DNA of 11,626 bases from contig WRCA01000016.1 in assembly GCA_009784275.1 (NCBI GenBank), positions 1 to 11,626 of the forward strand, written 5' to 3'. Source of the stretch: Alphaproteobacteria bacterium (GTDB taxonomy: Bacteria; Pseudomonadota; Alphaproteobacteria; Rs-D84). Positions 6,980-11,626 of this stretch are shown here, in pieces. Under the pieces are notes generated by a model. It was not told the origin of the DNA. It saw nothing but the letters and a program-made list of their open reading frames with translations, and did no database searches. A program made the translations under genes and the position numbers. Within the stretch, counting starts at the first letter, position 1. Each line of letters opens with the position of its first letter.

Positions 6980-9130
6980 ATGTTATTCGGTTTATTTGGG
7001 GACAAGGCGCCCAAAAATGTCTTGAACAATCCATTATCTGTTGAAATTGAATTCGGCGGAGAAAAATTAATATTGGAAACCGGCAGGTTCGCGAAACAAG
7101 CAACCGGCTCTATCATGGCAACCATGGGCGGAACAATGGTTCTGGCGACCGTGGTGTCATCAAAGAATGTTGTCGAAGGACAAGATTTCTTTCCGTTGAC
7201 TGTTGATTATCAAGAAAAGTTCGCATCTGCGGGACGCATTCCTGGTTCCCGCGACCGCCGCGAAGGCAAATCTTCTTTGCGCGAAGTTTTAATTGCGCGA
7301 TTGATCGATCGTCCGATTCGTCCGTTGTTTCCGGAGACTTTTACAAACGATACACAGATAGTTGTAACTTGTTTTTCTTATGACAAGGTGCATAACCCTG
7401 ATATTCTGGCGATGATTGCATCCAGCGCCGCATTGGCGATTTCCGGTGTTCCATTCCTGGGGCCAATTGGCGCGGCGCGCATTGGTTTCAAGGACGGAAA
7501 ATATCTGTTGAATCCAACCGCCAAAGAACTTGAAAATTCTGAATTGGAATTGGTCGTCGCGGGAACGAAAGACGGCGTTTTGATGGTTGAATCCGAAGCA
7601 GGGGAATTGTCCGAAGATGAGATGCTGGGTGCTGTTAAATTCGGGTTCGAAGCTTTCCAGCCAGTAATTGCGGCAATTAATGAATTGAAAGAAAAAGCCG
7701 GCAAAGACGCGTGGACAGTATTGGAACGTAATGCAGAATACAAACAGATGGAATCTGATTTGGAACGCTTTGCGGACCGTATTGCAAGCGCATTAACCAT
7801 CGCGGCAAAGATGGAACGCTATGCGGCGCTGGATGCTATTAAACTTGATGCAGAGCCAACGGATGCCACCGCTTTGCAGAAAGCATGGGCGCATGAAATT
7901 ATCGAAGCAATTACCGCGCGTATTATGCGTCGTAATATTTTGGATAAAAAACCTCGTATCGATGGACGCGATTCGAAAACTGTTCGTCCTATCGAGGTAG
8001 AAGTCGGCTTGCTGCCACGCGCACATGGCTCTGCCTTGTTTACTCGTGGTGAAACGCAAGCGCTGGTTACATTGACACTTGGCAATGATAAAGACGCGCG
8101 CCCGATTGAAACAATGGACGGCGCAAGCGATGAACGGTTTATTCTGGATTATAACTTCCCGCCATTCTCGGTCGGTGAAATCGGCCGTATCGGCGCACCA
8201 AAGCGTCGCGAATTAGGCCATGGAAAATTGGCTTGGCGCGCGATTAACCCAATGTTGCCGTCGAAAGAAAAGTTTGATTATACAATTCGTGCAGTTTCCG
8301 ATGTTTTGGAATCTAACGGTTCTTCCAGTATGGCAACAGTCTGCGGGACGACGCTTGCATTGATGGACGGCGGCGTGCCACTGGCCCGCCCGGTTGCGGG
8401 AATAGCTATGGGATTGATTAAAGAAGGCAACGAGTTTGAAGTCCTGACCGACATCATGGGCGATGAAGATCACTTGGGCGATATGGACTTTAAAGTCACC
8501 GGAACTGACAAAGGTGTTACCGCATTGCAGATGGATATCAAAATCACTTCCATAACTTTTGAAATCATGAAACAAGCCTTGGCGCAGGCGCGCGATGGAC
8601 GCTTGCATATCCTTGGTATTATGACCAAGACTATCAAGACCCCGCGCAAGGAATTGTCGGAATTCGCACCACAGGCATTTATGATGAAAATCAATCCGGA
8701 TAAAATCCGCGATGTGATTGGCAAAGGCGGAAGTGTGATTCAAGCGCTGACCAAAGAAACCAATACCAGCATCGACTTGTCTGACGACGGCACGGTGAAA
8801 ATCTTGGCGACGGATAAAGCGGATGCGGAAAACGCAATTGCGCGCATCAAGGCGATTGTCGCAGAGCCAGAAGTCGGTATGATTTATGAAGGCGTCGTGT
8901 CTGGGATGAAAGACTTTGGTATCTTTGTGAAAATCATGAATGGAACATTCGAATCCTTGGTCCATATTTCCGAAATCACAGGCGAGCGTTTGAAGTCTAT
9001 TGAGGACGCAAAACTGAAGGAAGGCGATAAAGTCTTTGTGAAATATCTGGGCGTGGACAAGCGCGGCAAAACGCGGTTCAGCATGGTCGGAATTAACCAA
9101 AAGACTGGCGCCGAGGAAAAGAAGAAATAA
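6980..9130 (+). CDS. pnp: Polyribonucleotide nucleotidyltransferase (PNPase)
   Basis: Two RNase PH domains (..FPLTVDYQEKFASAGRIPGS..RREG; ..GSSSMATVCG..LALMDGGVP; MGDEDHLGDMDFKVTGT), then KH (GKGGSVIQALT) and S1 (GMIYEGVVSGMKDFGIFVKI) domains. The track ORF starts at 6875, but ATG 6980 has a strong SD (GGAG 6971-6974). The upstream extension runs through the leader hairpin. Confidence 0.98.
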   Translation: MLFGLFGDKAPKNVLNNPLSVEIEFGGEKLILETGRFAKQATGSIMATMGGTMVLATVVSSKNVVEGQDFFPLTVDYQEKFASAGRIPGSRDRREGKSSLREVLIARLIDRPIRPLFPETFTNDTQIVVTCFSYDKVHNPDILAMIASSAALAISGVPFLGPIGAARIGFKDGKYLLNPTAKELENSELELVVAGTKDGVLMVESEAGELSEDEMLGAVKFGFEAFQPVIAAINELKEKAGKDAWTVLERNAEYKQMESDLERFADRIASALTIAAKMERYAALDAIKLDAEPTDATALQKAWAHEIIEAITARIMRRNILDKKPRIDGRDSKTVRPIEVEVGLLPRAHGSALFTRGETQALVTLTLGNDKDARPIETMDGASDERFILDYNFPPFSVGEIGRIGAPKRRELGHGKLAWRAINPMLPSKEKFDYTIRAVSDVLESNGSSSMATVCGTTLALMDGGVPLARPVAGIAMGLIKEGNEFEVLTDIMGDEDHLGDMDFKVTGTDKGVTALQMDIKITSITFEIMKQALAQARDGRLHILGIMTKTIKTPRKELSEFAPQAFMMKINPDKIRDVIGKGGSVIQALTKETNTSIDLSDDGTVKILATDKADAENAIARIKAIVAEPEVGMIYEGVVSGMKDFGIFVKIMNGTFESLVHISEITGERLKSIEDAKLKEGDKVFVKYLGVDKRGKTRFSMVGINQKTGAEEKKK

Positions 9131-9154
9131 AAATAATGCGGGGGCAGAACAACA

Positions 9155-9412
9155 ATGAATTTTAAAATGCGTGATTATTTTAAAGCTACTTATAACTTTA
9201 GGCTCGATAGTCTCGAAAGAGAAGTTATGAAGCCTATAGAAAGGAGCATTCTTCGTTTCTTTGCTCGTTTTGCCCCTCTTACATTACCGATAGAATGCCT
9301 TGTGAAATCGGGCGAGCGTAAAGTTAAGACCAAGATCGGGGCCGATACATATAAAGAAAATGAAATACCAAGGCTTAAGGCTATCATGGAAAATTATAGA
9401 AAAAGGAGCTAA
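9155..9412 (+). CDS. Hypothetical small basic protein (85 aa), no recognisable family
   Basis: The open frame fills 258 of the 285 nt between pnp and ybaB in an AT-rich stretch where stops should be frequent. Its TAA is 3 nt before the ybaB ATG. The SD is weak and the start uncertain (ATG 9155, 9167 or 9227). Confidence 0.4.
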   Translation: MNFKMRDYFKATYNFRLDSLEREVMKPIERSILRFFARFAPLTLPIECLVKSGERKVKTKIGADTYKENEIPRLKAIMENYRKRS

Positions 9413-9415
9413 AAA

Positions 9416-9715
9416 ATGGATATGAAGGCATTAATGGAACAAGCAAAGCAATTGCAGGGCAAGGTTTCTGCGGCACAAGATCAATTGGGAAAAACCACAG
9501 TAAAAGGCATTTCCGGTAATGGGATGGTTATTGTTGAAATGACCGGGAAATATGACTTGGTGAAATTGACATTGAATCCAGCTCTAATGAAAGAAGACCT
9601 GGATACGATTACTGCATTAATCTCGGCAGCATTTAATGATGCGAAATCCAAGGCAGATGACCTTATCGATAATGTGATGTCTGCTGCAACGGCCGGAATG
9701 CCATTGCCGGAATAA
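9416..9715 (+). CDS. ybaB: Nucleoid-associated protein YbaB/EbfC
   Basis: 99 aa. MKALMEQAKQLQGKVSAAQDQL....V.G.SGNGMV.VEMTGKYDLVKL.L.P.L..ED.D.....I.AAFNDA matches the YbaB/EbfC family pattern. AAGGAG SD at 9403-9408. Confidence 0.93.
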   Translation: MDMKALMEQAKQLQGKVSAAQDQLGKTTVKGISGNGMVIVEMTGKYDLVKLTLNPALMKEDLDTITALISAAFNDAKSKADDLIDNVMSAATAGMPLPE

Positions 9716-9722
9716 TGAGCTC

Positions 9723-9798
9723 GGGTGATTAGCTCAGTTGGTAGAGCGTCTGGTTTACATCCAGTAGGTCGGCGGTTCGAGTCCGTCATCACCCACCA
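9723..9798 (+). tRNA. tRNA-Val (anticodon UAC), CCA encoded
   Basis: Hand-folded cloverleaf:
- Acceptor GGGTGAT / ATCACCC.
- D arm GCTC-AGTTGGTA-GAGC.
- Anticodon stem TCTGG / CCAGT (one U-U at 27:43) with loop TT-TAC-AT.
- Variable loop AGGTC.
- T arm GGCGG-TTCGAGT-CCGTC.
- Discriminator A, then CCA (9796-9798). Confidence 0.95.
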
Positions 9799-9810
9799 AA
9801 TCTATATAAA

Positions 9811-9848
9811 CCCGTTGGAAATTTAATCGTTTCCGACGGGTCTTTTTT
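9811..9848 (+). terminator. Rho-independent terminator after tRNA-Val
   Basis: CCCGTTGGAAA (9811-9821) pairs with TTTCCGACGGG (9830-9840): 11 bp with one G-U and an 8-nt loop. It is followed by TCTTTTTT (9841-9848). Confidence 0.85.
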
Positions 9849-9941
9849 AGACAAAAATTTAAACTAGACTTTCAATAATAAGTTTGTATCATAGACATCA
9901 AGGACTGCCGAGGGAGAGGATAGAATATAAAAGGATTCATT

Positions 9942-10811
9942 ATGTTGAAAAAGACCCCTCGCAAGAATATCAAAGCAATTCTTGATTATAATAGATGTGG
10001 TTCCCTGGCGGAAATAAATGAAAAAGAGTCCATATCGCTCGATTTATATTGTCTATCCGGATATTTAAACCTTGCTGAATTTACCCGCGGCGCTGTTGTC
10101 TTACGTCTATATAATTCTGTTCCGCAAAAGCCGGAATGGAAGAATTTGTGGTGGCAAACAAGACAAAAAGAAGAACTTAAAATAGCAAATCAAAAAACAG
10201 ATTTGGTTGAGCTGGACGCAACCAGTGCGGGCGATTTCGGATACTGGATGTTTAACGATAACAGGCAATTTCACTTCATAAAATCCATAAAATTTCGTCA
10301 CCCTAATCAAGTTTTCAAATTCGGCATTGGTGATGGATTCTGTGTTCAAAATGAATCTCTGCGTAAAATCATTGAGCAAGCAAAAATACAAAGCCGCAAT
10401 GATAACACAGTGAAATATCGCATGGATGAGTCATTAAAGCAGTTTCATGAAAATCTATATCTTATAATCCGGGCACGTGATCATATTGGATTTGAAGAAT
10501 CAGAGATGGAACGCCTTTATTCTAAAATAGATGAATTAAAAGAACAGATAAAAGTCCACCAAGAAAATAAAAAGGGACATGAATCACAAATCCAACAGCA
10601 ATTAGGCGAAATTTCCAAAAAGAGCGCGGATCTTGCCATCAGCGGATCGATCCGGACTTCGGATATCGAATTGTTAGATAATTATTGGAATACCGTAATG
10701 TATGAAAATAATGATAGTGGAGATCAGGCGTTTTCGTATAAAGGATTATCACAACAAGAATTAGATAATCTAAAAATTAGAAACAAAACATTTTATGCGA
10801 ACCAAAAATAA
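9942..10811 (+). CDS. Hypothetical protein (289 aa), C-terminal coiled-coil-like region; orphan
   Basis: Long ORF with an AAGGA SD about 7 nt upstream and its own terminator. No signal peptide, TM segment or motif I can recognise. Residues ~185-230 are heptad-like and charged (EESEMERLYSKIDELKEQIKVHQENKKGHESQIQQQLGEISKK). It is visibly AT-richer than its neighbours. Confidence 0.7.
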   Translation: MLKKTPRKNIKAILDYNRCGSLAEINEKESISLDLYCLSGYLNLAEFTRGAVVLRLYNSVPQKPEWKNLWWQTRQKEELKIANQKTDLVELDATSAGDFGYWMFNDNRQFHFIKSIKFRHPNQVFKFGIGDGFCVQNESLRKIIEQAKIQSRNDNTVKYRMDESLKQFHENLYLIIRARDHIGFEESEMERLYSKIDELKEQIKVHQENKKGHESQIQQQLGEISKKSADLAISGSIRTSDIELLDNYWNTVMYENNDSGDQAFSYKGLSQQELDNLKIRNKTFYANQK

Positions 10812-10838
10812 AAACACGGGCGTTTGCCCGTGTTTTTT
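10811..10838. terminator. Bidirectional rho-independent terminator between convergent genes
   Basis: ACACGGGC (10814-10821), GTTT loop, GCCCGTGT (10826-10833). The A-run on the left and T-run on the right give a U-tract on both strands. Confidence 0.85.
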
Positions 10839-10851
10839 CCACAGGGAAATC

Positions 10852-11370
10852 TTAAAACCAGCTTTTTTCTCTTAATATTCCATGGGCGACCTTGGTTTCG
10901 GTGCCATCGGCATTTCTGCGAATCACAACAATTTTGGTTTCAGCCAATTCCGCAGCAGTTACCCTGGGGATCAGGAAGGTGCTGTTAACTATGCCCTCGC
11001 TGTTGCTTTTGACATCTGGCAAAAGCACAGCCGAGCTTGTCTTTGCCGGCGCCGCATTTGGATCCATCGGACAGCTGGTTAAGTCATATGCGCGCACCAT
11101 AAAGTTCGTGCTGGGCCTGACATCTCTCAATCTGACACGCATTTCCAGACCGCCTTCTCTTTCATTGAATCTGATATTGCCCAGTTCGGTCTTTCTGTCA
11201 CCAGCTTGGAACATTTTTGCACCCAGGCGCGTTACCTCATCGTTCTGATGCGTTTGAACATAGTCCTCGTTCTGGGTTCTGTTCTCGCTGGTACTGGAAC
11301 ATCCGGCCATAACGGCAATAACAGCCAACGCGGATGTAAAAATTGATATCTTCTTTATTGTTTGGTTCAT
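10852..11370 (-). CDS. Lipoprotein with a degenerate Cu,Zn-superoxide-dismutase-like (SodC-like) beta-sandwich, lacking the metal ligands
   Basis: Signal peptide plus lipobox (..AVIAVMAG-C24-SS). Strong SD (AAGGAGAG) before ATG 11370. The mature part parallels the SodC pattern:
- ELGNIRFNEREGGLEMRVRLRDVRP..... vs G.V.F.E...GL.....L..LPPGEHGFHIH..G.C
- LLPDVKSNSEGIVNSTFLIPRV....L...KIVVIRRN vs GDLP.L.V..DG.A.....APRL....L....L.IH.G.DN
- KVAHGIL vs R.ACGVI

CDS and lipoprotein call about 0.85; fold assignment about 0.5. Confidence 0.75.
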   Translation of the reverse strand: MNQTIKKISIFTSALAVIAVMAGCSSTSENRTQNEDYVQTHQNDEVTRLGAKMFQAGDRKTELGNIRFNEREGGLEMRVRLRDVRPSTNFMVRAYDLTSCPMDPNAAPAKTSSAVLLPDVKSNSEGIVNSTFLIPRVTAAELAETKIVVIRRNADGTETKVAHGILREKSWF

Positions 11371-11440
11371 AGAGCTCTCCTTTCTCTTACGTCACGCATT
11401 TTACCTTATTTCGCCTGGCTTTGCGCTAGGAGTGAATCCC

Positions 11441-11626
11441 TTACCGTTTCTTCTTTTTGCCATCCAGATGTATTTTTTCTATGAGTTCGTTATAATACAT
11501 AGCGATATTATGCATCGCCTTGAAAAAACCTTTTTTATGCGCTATAAAAAAACCAACAAGGACGGATACAGATACAATTACCGTTAAAAGCGCGGCAAAT
11601 AATTCTATGGTTTCCTTGAATGTCAT
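11441..11626 (-). CDS. Hypothetical small membrane protein (one predicted TM helix); may extend beyond the window edge
   Basis: 61-aa ORF whose ATG is the last 3 nt of the window. Hydrophobic stretch LFAALLTVIVSVSVLVGFFIA followed by a basic tail (..DGKKKKR). No family recognised. Confidence 0.4.
   Translation of the reverse strand: MTFKETIELFAALLTVIVSVSVLVGFFIAHKKGFFKAMHNIAMYYNELIEKIHLDGKKKKR

Noticed and set aside
8213-9100. 295-aa ORF antisense to pnp
   Set aside because: It lies entirely within and opposite the well-supported PNPase CDS. Its product is low-complexity (rich in H, F, R, C and D), which is typical of a shadow frame. It has no SD and no recognisable motif.
9131-9415. SRP (4.5S) RNA, tmRNA or another known structured RNA upstream of ybaB (ffs often precedes dnaX-ybaB)
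   Set aside because: The invariant SRP helix-8 sequence (GGAA/GNAR loop followed by ..GGAAGCAGC..) is absent on both strands. There is no tmRNA tag-ORF or T-arm/CCA end. The 10-bp long-range pairing and the GAAA tetraloop hairpin I found are about what chance predicts for a 300-nt AT-rich segment.
10882-11248. Plus-strand ORFs (66 and 118 aa) opposite the lipoprotein gene
   Set aside because: They are antisense to a CDS that has a strong SD, a signal peptide and a lipobox. They have no SD or motifs of their own.

Overview
This window is mostly core housekeeping genes with an accessory-looking tail on the right. No defence system, CRISPR array, integrase, transposase or phage gene is recognisable, so I do not claim a new multi-gene system.

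Minus strand, left end: accB (biotin carboxyl carrier protein), then yidD and rnpA, whose stop and start overlap by 4 bp.

Plus strand, 2440-9798: after a solitary mreB there is a tightly packed same-strand array of xseB, mutS, a GNAT acetyltransferase, truB, rpsO, pnp, an 85-aa orphan ORF, ybaB and tRNA-Val(UAC).

Right of the tRNA: a visibly AT-richer 289-aa orphan coiled-coil gene. It is followed on the minus strand by a lipoprotein that looks like a ligand-less Cu,Zn-SOD fold, and by a small single-TM protein that touches the window edge.

Protein signatures (MutS 'IPMCGIP', and the S15, PNPase and BCCP sequences) suggest an alphaproteobacterium-like organism of moderate to low GC. This is inference only.

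Almost every gene is separated from its canonical operon partners: rpmH/yidC, mreCD, rbfA/infB, dnaX/recR and accC are all absent.

Most unusual sequence-level signals:
- Four tandem 8-bp units directly abut a perfect 30-bp palindrome inside the mutS reading frame.
- A 6 x 7-bp tandem repeat overlies the putative xseB-mutS promoter.
- A roughly 67-nt imperfect hairpin sits in the pnp leader.
- The SodC-like lipoprotein lacks all metal ligands.
- The orphan genes flank tRNA-Val.
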